In this document: piece by piece, positions 1 through 12,490 of the stretch | How the letters are laid out: the number at the start of each line of letters is the position of its first letter | Numbering within the stretch: the stretch's first letter is position 1 | DNA from: Mobula hypostoma | Lineage: Eukaryota | DNA length: 64,000 nucleotides | Reading direction: 5' to 3' | Assembly (NCBI RefSeq): GCF_963921235.1 | Contig: NC_086109.1 | Coordinates: forward strand, 32,552,001-32,616,000 | The notes under the pieces: model-generated | The model's input: the letters and a program-made list of their open reading frames with translations, nothing else | What the model was told of the DNA's origin: nothing | The model's database searches: none | Program-made: the position numbers and the translations under genes

Positions 1-150
1 ATACGTCATTACATCACCATGTCATGTATGCGCACCTCACTAAAGAGAAACACGACTCCTATATTTTTCTTTCATTTAGTTTTATGTTTTGGAGTTATAA
101 AACACAACAGAGGAGGCGAGTTAGTTTTAAAATGAACCTGAGATGACTAG
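1..150 (+). mobile_element. 3' end of a Gypsy LTR plus PBS/leader remnant
   Basis: Reverse-complement similarity to 8160-8310 (LTR ending ...acaaca at 109, then gttttaaaatgaacc.gagatgact). Confidence 0.75.
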
Positions 151-984
151 GCTCAGATTAAATCGGGAGGTCTCTGGGCAGAGCAGCTTGAACGGCCTAT
201 CCACACTGTACCTCAATTAATAAAAGTTCATGAAACTTTGCTTTCCCTTCAAGGGACAGCAAACATAGCACATCTTCATAGAGTTTACACCATTCTGGAA
301 TTGCATCACATACAAGAGTTATACCAAAAACTAAAATAATAAGATGGAAAGGTTACCTTGGACAATAATCACGCTTTGTTGGGTCTTATTTGTGATAAAA
401 GTAATGTCAGAAGAGTTGAACAAAATCCTGTCATATATTCTAATCGGCAAAGCAGCTTGTAAAGCTAACTTGAGAGTGTTCTTGCCAATAACCACATTCA
501 TGCTTTGGTAGTACACAATATGTGTATGTAGGTCTTTCCATATTTATAAGCAGCTTACTTGCTGATTTTGTTTAAAAGAATTTACTAATTTTATTTCATG
601 TTTGAAGCAAAATGCTTAATGCTTGGATGTTATTTTTCTTATAACTTTATTTCAATCCCTTGACATTTTTAGTAAAATTATAGAAACATTTCTACTTGGA
701 GTATTTTTATCTAATAATAGCTTGAAATATTTCATTTATCTTTGCTGTAGTCACAGTGGGAATAACACTTTACTTATTGACTTTACCTTCCAATTTGATT
801 AATTTGGCAGATTTTTAAATGCTCTTACTTTTACACACCTCTTTTGAAGGCACGCAAACAAGAAAAAGCCTCCAGTGGGAAGCACACTGACCTGAAATTT
901 TGGCACTCCATCAAGAGTGTTCAGTTCACAGCACATTCTCAGCATTAACTTTCTTTTAAAGCCATGTTTAGTTGCAGTATAAGG

Positions 985-1400
985 AAACGCAGGGAAAGCC
1001 TTCTGCACCATTGAGCATATTTACAAAGGACACTGACATAAGAAATCAGATCCATTATCAAGGACCCCCAACATCCAGGCCATGGTCTCTTCTCACTGCT
1101 GCCATCAGGAAGAAGGTTATGTCCCACACCATCCGCTTCAGGTACAGTTTGTACCAAACTGGATAACTTTACTCACCCCAACAGTGAACTGATTCCACAA
1201 CCTGTGGACTCATTTTTGGAGACTCTACAATTCATGTTCTCAACGTTAATTAATTTTCTGTTTTGTATTTGCACAGTTTGTTGTCTTTTGCAGGTTGGTT
1301 GTTTGTCTGTCCTGTTGGGTGTGGTCTTTCATTGGTTCTATTGTGTGCCCACAAAAAAATAAATCCCTAGATTCGATGATACATTTATTTTCAACTTTGA
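985..1400 (+). mobile_element. Rex/Babar-like LINE 3' fragment
   Basis: IKDPQHPGHGLFSLLPSGRR-type C-terminus plus 3' UTR repeated many times in the window. Confidence 0.75.
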
Positions 1401-1809
1401 AGATTTTGAGAGTAAGCAGCTTGAGGAAAATAACTATAAAAAAAATTGCATTAAAACTTACATCTGCTTAATCAAGAACCACAATTTAAACTAAATGGAA
1501 CATATGAGTAATAAGTTTCTGGCAACAATTGATACAATTCAAAGCAGTCCGTGAGGGAAAACACTCCAACCTAGAAAACTAACAAAATCTAATCAACAGG
1601 TTTTAAAATACTTTCTCAATACAGAAGACTAAATAATTGCAACAGAAGTACAAGTTTCAAGTTGATTTCTTTATGTCCAGATTCACTTAGATGCCAATAT
1701 CTTCACAGGAAATTTTTATGCAAGAACTATTTGTGACAACTTGTACCACTTGCTGGATTTGCCACTTCATTGTGACAGAGTAGTGTGAAAAGGTTGAAAA
1801 CATTTTGTT

Positions 1810-2215
1810 CAAAGCTCAAAGTTCAAAAATCGAAATAAATTTATTATTAAAGTATGTATATGTTGACATGTGCTATGTTGAGATTTATTTTCTTGCAGGT
1901 ATTCACAGGAGAAAGAAAAAATACAATAGAATTTGACAAAAAACTATACATAAATAGAGAAGGTCTGACGAACAACCAATGTGCAAAGACAATCTGTGCA
2001 AATTAAAGTTATAAGAGTTGTAAAGAATCCTGAAATGAGTCTATCGGTCATGGAACCAGTTCAGAATAGTGGTGAATGAAATTAACCCACACTGATTCAG
2101 GAGCCTGATGGTTGTAGATGGATAACTGTTCCTGAACTCGGTGGTGTAGGACCTAAGGCTTCTGTACCTCATACCTCATTGTAAAAGCAAGAAGAGGGCA
2201 CGGTTTGGATAGTGG
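1810..2215 (-). mobile_element. Rex/Babar-like LINE 3' fragment
   Basis: Reverse complement of the same 3' end (ttcaaa tail, aactgttcctgaac..ggtggtg). Confidence 0.7.
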
Positions 2216-3039
2216 GGATAGCTTTGTAATATTTGGCTCAAATATGAAAGTCTAACACATAAAACACAAAACATGTGTGCATATATTTTCTGAGCTAGGC
2301 GGCATTGGATAAAAGACATACAGTATTTCACCTATTCTTTCTTGCATGGCTTTAGGGCACCCCAAAGTACTCTTGATGTGCAGTCCCCATTAGAACAGAC
2401 AAAAACAATTCAAAATTGTTTTGCTACGTTAGTGATGCTGATTGAAGGTGAAACATTTGTTAGGATAACTCTACTGCTCTTCGTTAAAGTATGGTTGAGA
2501 GAGCTGGTGAAGGGGTAGAACTGAAAAGTAACAGGATGAAAATGAGAAATGAGAACTTAAGAAATATTTTTGAGACACTCCAAAGATAACAACACAGATA
2601 TGGGAAAAGAACAGAGTAGTCTGAGTAGAAAGACAGAGGTAAGGATGAATCCTTATAGAACAAATCTCACTCAGAAGTTAGAGAGGTTTTGGGGGAAGAT
2701 GTTGTAACTAACCATGCCAAAGGATACAGTGGAGTTGAGGAGGATGAAGAGAAGTGGTGGACCGTCATTCACAGCTGCATGATGTCATTAATGACCTGGT
2801 AAAAAGGTATTTTAGAGTTATAACGTATCAGAACCCCAACTGGATATGTTGATATACGTATGTATACATATGTATAACTGGATATGTTAATATATATGGG
2901 ACATAGCTAACTATATTCATATTGCCTGCTATGAATGCCTGTGAAAAACGACCGAAGTTTAAAAGAAAATCCTTTCATTGTAAGGACTCTTGATCAGCAG
3001 AGGGAGATGAAAAAAGTTAAATAAATAAGAGTTTACTGG

Positions 3040-3707
3040 GTGCAAACCAGGGTAAGACTTACACAGGGTTCTGGGCTGTGGGGTAGAACAGAAAGCATCA
3101 CAGGTAAACAGCGTCGTAAAGAGAGCCTTCATAAATCAGGACATTGAGTACAGGAGTTGGAATATTATGTTGAAGTTTTTCAAAATTTCATCCTTTTCTC
3201 CTTGGAGCGACAGAGGATGAGAGGTGACCTGATAGAGGTGTACAAGATGATGAGAGGAATTGGTCGTGTGGATAGTCAGAGAGGCATTGATCGTGTGGAT
3301 TTTCCCAGGGCTGAAATGGCTGCCACAGGAGGGCACAGGTTTAAGGTGCTTGGGAGTAGGTACAAAGGAGATGTCAGGGGTAAATTTTTTACGCAGCGAG
3401 TGGTGAGTACATGGAATGGGCTGCTGGCAACGGTGGTGGAGGTGGATACGATAGGGGCTTTTAAGCGACTTTTGGATAGGTACATGGAGCTTAGAAAAAT
3501 AGAGGGCTATGGGTAACCCTAGTAATTTCTAAGGTAGGGACATGTTCGGCACAACTTTGTGGGCCAAAGGGCCTGTATTGTGCTGTAGGTTTTCTATGTT
3601 TCAATGTTTCTAAAATGTTGGTGAGGCTAAATTGTTTGCAGTTCTGGTCAGCTACTTACAGGAAAGATATCAATAAGCTTGGAAGAGCGCAGGGCAGATA
3701 TACAAGA
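3040..3707 (+). mobile_element. Old CR1 fragment interrupted by a younger CR1 3' end (3187-3611)
   Basis: Inner: SLERQRMRGDLIEVYK...RVVSTWNGL plus TTTCTATG-like tail; outer CR1 reading (SQDIEYRSW...QFWSATYRKDINKL) resumes after 3612. Confidence 0.85.
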
Positions 3708-6700
3708 ACAACTACCCTGACCTGAAGGAGGTGCTGCTGGCTAAATTTGATATCTCGGCAGAAACCTATCCCTATGCCAACCTGTTCCAGTACTCTACCA
3801 CCAGGGGAGACGCCCACTGAGACTTAACATTTCCTGTTGGGTCTCTACCATTGATAAATTTGACCAGAGCAGAAATCCAAGGAGGAGGTTGGTAAGGCCA
3901 TTGTTCTGGAGCAGATGCTGCAGGTTCTTCCTCCAGACAAACGGGTCACACTGTGGTTGGACTCACTTCGGCCTGACTTGCCCTGCAGTACCTCATTGCC
4001 CACGAGGGGGCCTTGTCACAGCCATCATTCTGAAGTAACAGAGTTCCTCACCCTCCAAGGGACTCTCAGGGTAACTCTGCAGAATTGGGGAGTGGGAGAA
4101 ACAAGAGCAGAAAAAAAACCTTTGGTAGTTTCTTCTAAGACTTATTTGTTACCATTGTCAGCAGCCAGTCCTCTGTGTGTCCTCCAAAGAAGCCCAAATT
4201 GTCAGGTATGTACTCTGTACTAAGAGAGGGAGAATGTGATAATGATGATAACAACTGTAATGCTTCTGAGTGTGGGAATAGAAAAAAGGCAGAATGCGAT
4301 AAGAAAGAGCCGATATTTATAATAGAAAAACTTAATGGAAAACCTGTGAAGGCTCTTTTAGATTCTGGTAGCTCACTGCCATTAATTAAGAAAAATTACT
4401 GTATCCCTTGCTTTTGCGGTTGACTACTGTCACCAAACGCCTATTCGAGGTGTCCACAGTGACTGGAAGTCTGAGCACTGGCAGAACTCACTGTTGAGCT
4501 GGATGCCCACAAGCTCTTGATGAAAGTGGGGATGCCGGAGAAACTACTAGTTGACATGAATTTGGGGAGAGATTTGCCCGTGTTACATGAGTTACCGAGG
4601 AAGGGAAATAGCCGATCACCTCCATTTGTTAATTCACGAGTAATGGTGCTGTTTCTTATTTTGTCATGACTCGTGCTAAAACAAAAGCTGGGTTCAAACT
4701 CTGCCCGATTTTGATGCTAGTCTGTGCGAGGGAGGAACCAAGAGACCAAGAAAGTCACCCTGGCAATGGTGCCTTGAGAAATATGTTGGTTCTCCTGCCT
4801 CTGTTGATATGATGCACCCACTGATGATGATTCAGAAGGGGTCGTGGAGGCCTGAAAGGGGCCTGGGAAGGTAGACCTCTCCCATCTCAATGGCTGTCAA
4901 CTGGTGAGCTGCAGAGTGCCTTTGCTGATCTTCCACAGCTGTTCCAGCAGAGACCAGGGTTGACAGAGGTCCTACAACATTCGTCAGGATCAGGCCTGAC
5001 CAGCGCTCAGTATGCTAACACTGCTACAGAGCGCCTGAGCAACTTGTGGTGGGGGGGCACGGCTGAAAGATCAGATTCAGACCATGCTGGAGCTAGGTAT
5101 CACTGAACCTTTGAAAAGTGAGAGGATCAGTCCGATCATCATCATCCCCAAGAAGGATTGCACTCTGAGGGTATGCGTTGATTTCTGGAAGTTGAATGCC
5201 ATTTCTTTTTTTTTAATCTACCTATGCCCTGCATTGATTACCTACCAGAAAGGATTGGATGAGCAAACTATATTACTATACTGGACTTTTGCAATGGCTA
5301 CTGGCACTTCCCCTGGATGACCAATCTAAATCCCTCACTACTTTCTGCACATTCCTGGGTCTGTTTCAGATCACCGTTTCAGGTGCACATGCTCCCTTCC
5401 AGCGGCTGATGGACTGGGTGTTACAAGGCTATGAGGACTACAGTGTGGCCTATCTAGGTTGTCTACGGCCAGACATGGACAGAGCATCTGGACCATCTGC
5501 GCAGGGTCCTGGGGAATATTCATGCTGCCAGTCTCGCTGTCAATCTACAAAAATGTGAGAGTACGAAAAGGAAAACCAGATACCTTGGCTACCATTTGGG
5601 ACATGGAGAGGCACAAGCACAGGTGGACAATGTGGAAACGATGTGCAACAGCCCTCAACCTCGCACCAAGAAGGAAGTGAAACCCTTCCTGGAACTGGCA
5701 AGGTGGTATGCCAGCTTCATTCCCCAATTTGCCACTCCGGCCATACCTCTGCCTAATCTTACTGAGAAGCTTGTAGACATCCCAGTGACATGGACAAGTG
5801 AGTTGTGAAAATGCTTTTCAAGTCCTTGGGGCCCCCGTGTGTTCTTCACCTGTTCTTCAGAGCCCAGATGGTTCCTTGTCCAGGTGAATGCCTCAGGAGT
5901 AGGCATTGGAGCTGCACTGGCACAAGGAGAATGTGGATAAGAGTGGCCTGCCCTTTACCTGAGCCCAAAACAACTCCCAAGGGAAACCAGGTGTTCTACC
6001 TTTGGAAAGGAGAGTCTGACCGTTCAGTGGTCCATTGACAGCCTCCGGTACTACCTCCTTGGCAGGGAGTTTGACCTTGACACAGACCACAGAGCATTGA
6101 CATGGATACAGACAATGAAGAACCGAAATGCCAAAATGACACAGTGGTACCTGGAGCTCAAACCCTTCAAATTCTGTGTCCACCATAAAGTAGGGCTATA
6201 TCCTGTCTTGGCTGCTGAACATTGTCCCTGCAGAAGAGGGGAATGGTAATATGATGGAGTGCACTTGGCAAAATCATTCCTTACACATGTATGTTTACAC
6301 ACACACACAAGCATTGCCTTGCCATTCGACTGTCATAATGCTGAGTGCGTGCACCATTGTCTATCCCGGTATAATCACATTGTGGGCTCTAAACCAAGCT
6401 GATGTGCTCAGGTTGGCTTTATGGTGCCTTTCCTGCCAAACGTGCTGGAATATTCTATTCCTTTAGTAGTGGGGATTTATAGATATGTATATATTGTTGT
6501 TATCCTGTACTTAAGGTAGGTACTTCTGCTCACTTTGTAATATGATTGTAACTCTATTGTGGGTGTATCATATTCTAATTCATGTGTAGTTGTAAGTTAA
6601 CTTTGTGCATAATTAACGTTGTATATCCTGGAGACTAATTAACAGGGCTCATTGCTCTCAGTGGGAGAGAGAGATCACAGCTGCCAAGAATTCACATTGG

Positions 6701-6892
6701 ACAAAATATGGGGCTATTATTGTGTTTTCTGGTAGATGTCGTTTTGTAAGTATTGGTGATTTTCTTTTTGCTATTTTCACTAATTTTTTTGTAAGTTCGA
6801 TATTTGACAACACTTTTAATAAATACCCTTGCCCTATAGTGCTAAGTGAATCCAGCCATATTTCTCTTTGGTTATAACCCATTTATCTAACA
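3708..6892 (+). mobile_element. Degenerate Gmr1-like Gypsy LTR retrotransposon with SCAN-like gag; 3' LTR ~6244-6892
   Basis: YPDLKEVLLAKFDISAETY / SKEEVGKAIVLEQMLQVLP (SCAN-like), protease ALLDSGS, RT (SPIIIIPKKD.TLRVCVDFWKLNA), RNase H (DTDHRALTW), PPT agaagagggggaa, LTR with AATAAA ending CA. Confidence 0.85.
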
Positions 6893-8427
6893 ATCTCCAA
6901 TCAAGCTTTACTTGTCTCATCCAACTGTGGCCTCACAATGCTGGCCCTCCTGTTTATACCACGTACAAGCCTAGTGTGGCTTGTTGATGTGGCATTTCTC
7001 TGTTATGAATGTCATTCGCACAGGAGTTATCTTTTCCCCAGTACAAGTTCTTATTTGGATATCTGCAGGCTTCAATTCAGTATCTTTGACACATCATTCA
7101 AACTCATTTTGTGAAATGACTGAAACAGCCGAGACAGTGTCCAATTCCATTTTAATTAATTTGTTGTTCACTTCTGGTGTAAGCCATATTGCTGATCTCT
7201 TGTTAGTTTTCACATCAAAAATCCTGAGGCTAGCCAGTCCTGTGTCACTCTCATCATTACAGATTTTTCATCAAGAGCATGCAGATTAGTGCACTTTTTG
7301 AAACTACAACTTGACTTTTTTATCTGTGCAGTTCATTTAATTTTATCTGGCTGACATGTTTTGTATGTGTCCTACTTTGTTGCATTTTCTGCAAGCTTCA
7401 CCTTTAAGCCTTCATTGGCTCCTGCCACAATGGTAACAATTTGTTCAGCCAGGCCAGTTTCTGTTTAGATGTTGCATATTTGTTCATGCTCACTTTCATT
7501 CCTGACTGCAGCTTAATTGTGACTCTGACTACTGTTTCAATTGATACCGCAATTTCAACTGCTCTTTTAAATATGAGTTGTGTTTCAGTTAGGAAGTGTT
7601 TTTGAATGCTCTCTTGTAAGATTCCACAAACTAAATGAACTCTCAGTGCATCATTAAGCCCATTACTGAACTACAATGCTCAGATACTTTCTTCAATTCA
7701 GTCATATACACTGAAATGGATTCTCCTTCCTTTTGATTCTGCTTATTAAACCTAAAATGTTCTCCAATCAGCAGTGCTTTTGCTTCTAAATGTTCCTGCA
7801 TTATGTTCATAATATCAGCAAGACTCATTTTGACTGGTTTGGTTCGAGCAATTAAACTTTGAAGCAAACTGTATGTTCTTCCACATATTACACTCAGTGA
7901 CACTGACACTCACTTTTTATAGGCTATTCCATTTGCTTTAAAATACTGCTCAATTCGTTTGGTATACATAATCCAGTTATCTATTATGCAATCAAACACA
8001 TCTACCTCTCTGATGCAGCCAGCCATTGCTGCTTTTTTGTTGTTATTTATAATTATTATCACCCAGTACTCACATTACCACAAGAATTTTGTCTGTTTTC
8101 TGCCTTTTTTTTTAAACTCAACCTTTGTGAAAAAAATGTGCTGTACTTTAACAGATAGGTAGTCATCTTGGGTTCATTTTAAAACTTATTCATCACCACT
8201 GTTATGTTTTGTAACTTCTAAACATAAAACTAATTGAAAGAAAAACACAGGAGCTGTGTTTCTCTTTAGTAAGGCATGCATATATGACATGGTGGCATAA
8301 TGATGTATGTCTTTCACGTACTTTTACATTTAACATGTATTTAATTATGTAAGCAACAAAGAATGCTTAATCAGGCAATATATTTACAATATTACTCAAA
8401 TATTACTGAATATTAGATACACAAAAA
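6893..8427 (-). mobile_element. Gypsy fragment: 5' LTR (8200-~8427), PBS, gag and protease
   Basis: LTR ending ...cataaca, PBS-like tggtgatga, gag (TYSLLQSL..TKP...FRFNKQNQKEGESI..Y..EL), protease KMELDTVSAVSVI. Confidence 0.85.
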
Positions 8428-9683
8428 CGTACACCCAAAGTTTCCTTATAGCAAATATTCTTGGGAGGCCCAGAATCCTTTCCAACAAGTCAGCTGCCAT
8501 CTTCCTGATTATTTCTGAACTACTAATCTGCTGCCAAAGCAACCTCTCTCCCTACAAAATCATCTTTCCTTGATTGTTTCCTTCCTTCCATGAGCTCATG
8601 CTTCACGCAAAGTTTGTGCCATTGCACAAGCGATTGGCTTTGTGTATGACAAGATGAGGGCCTCTTACAGAGCCAACATTTCACCCCAGTATTGGACCCC
8701 TCACACCTGCATCATGCCACTTTAGATTACTCAGCTTACAACTTTTATTCTTCTAATATGCAATGCTCAAAAATAAAATTCTGTGCAAGCGGTGAAAACA
8801 AGTCACCATGGACAGCAAAGCATAAACGGCTAATTTCATCTAATTATTGAACAATGCCATTACCCAGTGAGAATCGCCTGAGGATATAATGCATTTACTA
8901 AGGCACTGCAAGCAGTCATCACAAAGCCATTAAGTTGTGCAAAGAATTTTCAAATCTTGGAACACAAAGGAGTCTTTTCAGTAATTTCAAAAGGCTATCC
9001 AATTTAATGTCATTTTATAAATCGGTTCTCATGAAATACATATCCAAATGCATTTTGAATGTTTATATGATATTGGGAGGGGGTGGGCTGTACTCCATTA
9101 GATTTTAAAATCCTAGTACATGTAAATAAACTTCTTTCACTTACATACATATATTCATATTATTTAAATCTGTGACTTATGATTACCACTTCATGTACTT
9201 GAGAAAACAGTTTCACCGCACTTTTCTGTCAAATCTTCCATAATATTAAAAATTATGATTCCTTTATCCTATTTTCTTCTTCTTTAACTCTATGTCCAGT
9301 TTGTGATTAGGCTAAAGGGTGTTCGGACACTTTACTAGATAAAACTCCAAAGTATCTGATGATTTATAAAATGGCAATGTCCATATACACACGATGAGTA
9401 AATGCATAACTGTAGTTAAAATGTTAACAAAGTACCCAAAGGGATAAATTTGCATATGTAAATAATCTACAACCTTTGCTCTTCTGAGAACGCACACTGA
9501 GCACCAGAGATTACTACCATTGTTTGAAATAAATACTATGTGAGAAGCAGTTTGAGATGAAGACATCAGGTACTAGGATGGAGCATAGCAATGATTTCAA
9601 CTGTTAAAGGGCCTTATCCTGATAAGTTATTTAGCCAAATACATCAATAATGCCTGCTTTCAAATAGAAGCTGTTAATGTACA

Positions 9684-11360
9684 ACATAGAACATAGAATA
9701 GTACAGCACAGTACAGGCCCTTCGGCCCACAATGTTGTGCCGACCCTCAAACCCTGCCTCCCATATAAGCCCCCACCTTAAATTCCTCCATATACCTGTC
9801 TAGTAGTCTCTTAAACTTCACTAGTGTATCTGCCTCCACCACTGACTCAGGTAGTGCATTCCATGCACCAACCACACACTGAGTAAAAAAACCTTCCTCT
9901 AATATCCCCCTTGAACTTCCCACCCCTTACCTTAAAGCCATGTCCTCTTGTATTGAGCAGTAGTGCCCTGGGGAAGAGGCGCTGGCTATCCACTCTATCT
10001 ATTCCTCTTATTATCTTGTAGACCTCTATCATGTCTCCTCTCATCCTCCTTCTCTCCAAAGAGTAGAGCCCTAGCTCCCTTAATCTCTGATCATAATGCA
10101 TTCTTTCTAAACCAGGCAACATCCTGGTAAATCTCCTCTGTACCCTTTCCAATGCTTCCATATCCTTCCTAAAGTGAGGTGACCAGAACTAGACACAGTA
10201 CTCCAAGTGTGGCCTAACCAGAGTTTTATAGAGCTGTATCATTACATCGCGACTCTTAAACTCTATCCCTCGACTTATGAAAGCTAACACCCCATAAGCT
10301 TTCTTAACTACCCTATCCACCTGTGAGGCAACTTTCAGGGATCTGTGGACATGTACCTCGAGATCCCTCTGCTCCTCCACACTACCGAGTATCCTGCCAT
10401 TTACTTTGTACTCTGCCTTGGAGTTTGTCCTTCCAAAGTGTACCACCTCACACTTCTCCGAGTTGAACTCTATCTGCCACTTCTCAGCCGACTTTTGCAT
10501 CCTATCAATGTCTCTCTGCAATCTTTGACAATCCTCTACACTATCTACAACACCACCAACCTTTGTGTTGTCTGCAAACTTGCCAACCCACCCTTCTACC
10601 CCCACATCCAGGTCGTTAATAAAAATCACGAAAAGTAGAGGTCCCAGAACGGATCCTTGTGGGACACCACTAGTCACAACCCTCCAATCTGAATGTACTT
10701 CCTCCACCATGACACTCTGCCTTCTGCAGGCAAGCCAATTCCGAATCCACCTGGCCAAACTTCCCTGGATCCCATGCCTTCTGATTTTCAGAATAAGCCT
10801 ACCGTGTGGAACCTTGTCAAATGCCTTATTAAAATCCATATAGATCACATCCACTGCACTACCCTCATCTATGTGCCTTGTCACCTCCTCAAAGAACTCT
10901 CTCAAGCTTGTTAGACATGATCTGCCCTTCACAAAGCTATGCTGACTGTCCCTGATCAGACCACGATTCTCTAAATGCCCATAGATCCTATCTCTAAGAA
11001 TCTTTTCCAAGCTTTCCCACCACAGACGTAAGGCTCATTGGTCTATAATTACCCGGACTATCCCTACTACCTTTTTTGAACAAGGGAACAACATTCGCCT
11101 CCCTCCAATCCTGCGATACCATTCCCATGGACAACGAGGACATAAAGATCCTAGCCAGAGGCTCAGCAATCTCTTCCCTCGCCTCATGGAGCAGCCTGGG
11201 GAATATTCCGTCAGGCCCCGGGGACTTATCTGTCCTAATGTATTTTAACAACTCCAACACCTCCTCTCCATTGATAGCAACTTGCTCCAGAATATCAACT
11301 TCACTCATACTGTCCTCACCATCATCAAGTTCCCTCTCATTGGTGAATACCGAAGAGAAG
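9684..11360 (-). mobile_element. 5'-truncated, relatively young CR1 LINE
   Basis: RT ORFs 10994-11461, 10189-11010, 9847-10161 (KSPGPDG, DFNKAFDKVPH, GVPQGSVLGP, FADNTK); TCTATGT-repeat tail. Confidence 0.95.
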
Positions 11361-12237
11361 TAAATGAAGAAAATATTCCATTTTCTATGAATATTTAATG
11401 TGATGTCATACTGATGATTCTGTTTATACTGCATGTACAAATAAAACATAATTTCATCCAAAAGCTAGTAATATGTCAAACTGTAAATAATTTTATTGAA
11501 AAGTGGTCATTTGCCTGAACCCAGTTGTTCCTGTGTTTCCTTGATATTACAGAATGCTTTTCTCCTGAGATGGCTGATAAGCAGTTAACATTAAGTCTTA
11601 TCCTTGCATTAGGTAATAATGCCATGGAGAGATGGATAAATAGGATTTTATTTGTGTTATTCTATTTTAAACTTTCTCTCCATTTTGGGTGACTCAATAT
11701 AACACATTTATTACACTTCTGCTCTGCTTGCTCAGCACATTGGCGCAGACAACTGCAAAACAAAGCATGAAATGTCTTTCTCCAGGTATGTTCTTTGGAG
11801 AAGTGAGCTCATTTCACCCTTCTGCCACCTTTTACAACAATGTTATAGAAACCTTGAGTAGCTGCTATGTCCAAGATGAAAGAATTCCACTTGTCTCTGA
11901 TTATTTGAAGGATTCTTGGTGAAAGTAATGTATTGTAATGTACTTTTGGTATTCATCATTATTTTTTAAAGTCAGTTTTCTAAGGTCCATTTCTATAATC
12001 TGAAAATACATACACCGGCTGTCTATTAATGCCTCTCAGAATTGAACACATCTCTATCGTCTCAAATCTTCTGCCGCTTCAGAGAAAACAACCAGAGTTT
12101 ATCCAGCCTCCCCTCCAGGTGTTTTGGCAATGCAGAAGCAAATGCACATATATAGTGGAAGATCATGGCAGAGCTGCATGTGAAGGGTGAAGGGACTGCA
12201 GGTTGGGAGGTGGGAGACAGGGTCAGTGAACTGGAGT

Positions 12238-12490
12238 GGTGCGGTAGCATTGTGGTTAATACAATGCTTTACAGTACCAACAACCCGTTTTCAATTCCAG
12301 ACATTGTCTGTAAGGAGTTTGTTTATTCTCCCTATGACTGCGTGGATTTTCTCTGGGTGCTCCAATTTCCTCTCCCAGTTGGTACATTAATTAGTCATTG
12401 TAAATTGTCCCATGATTAGGCTAGGGTTGCTGGACAACATGGTTTGATGGGCCGGCAGGGCACATTCTGAGCAGTATCTCAATAAATTTA
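12238..12490 (+). mobile_element. tRNA-derived V-SINE/HE1-like SINE
   Basis: Central ctgtaaggagtttg..ttctccc..gactgcgtggatttt.tctgggtgctcc domain, tail ending aataaa; related copies at 150-225 and 21210-21421. Confidence 0.7.

Noticed and set aside
11689..11922. 77-aa plus-strand ORF with signal-peptide-like start
   Set aside because: Non-ATG (GTG) start, no recognisable homology, no linked exons
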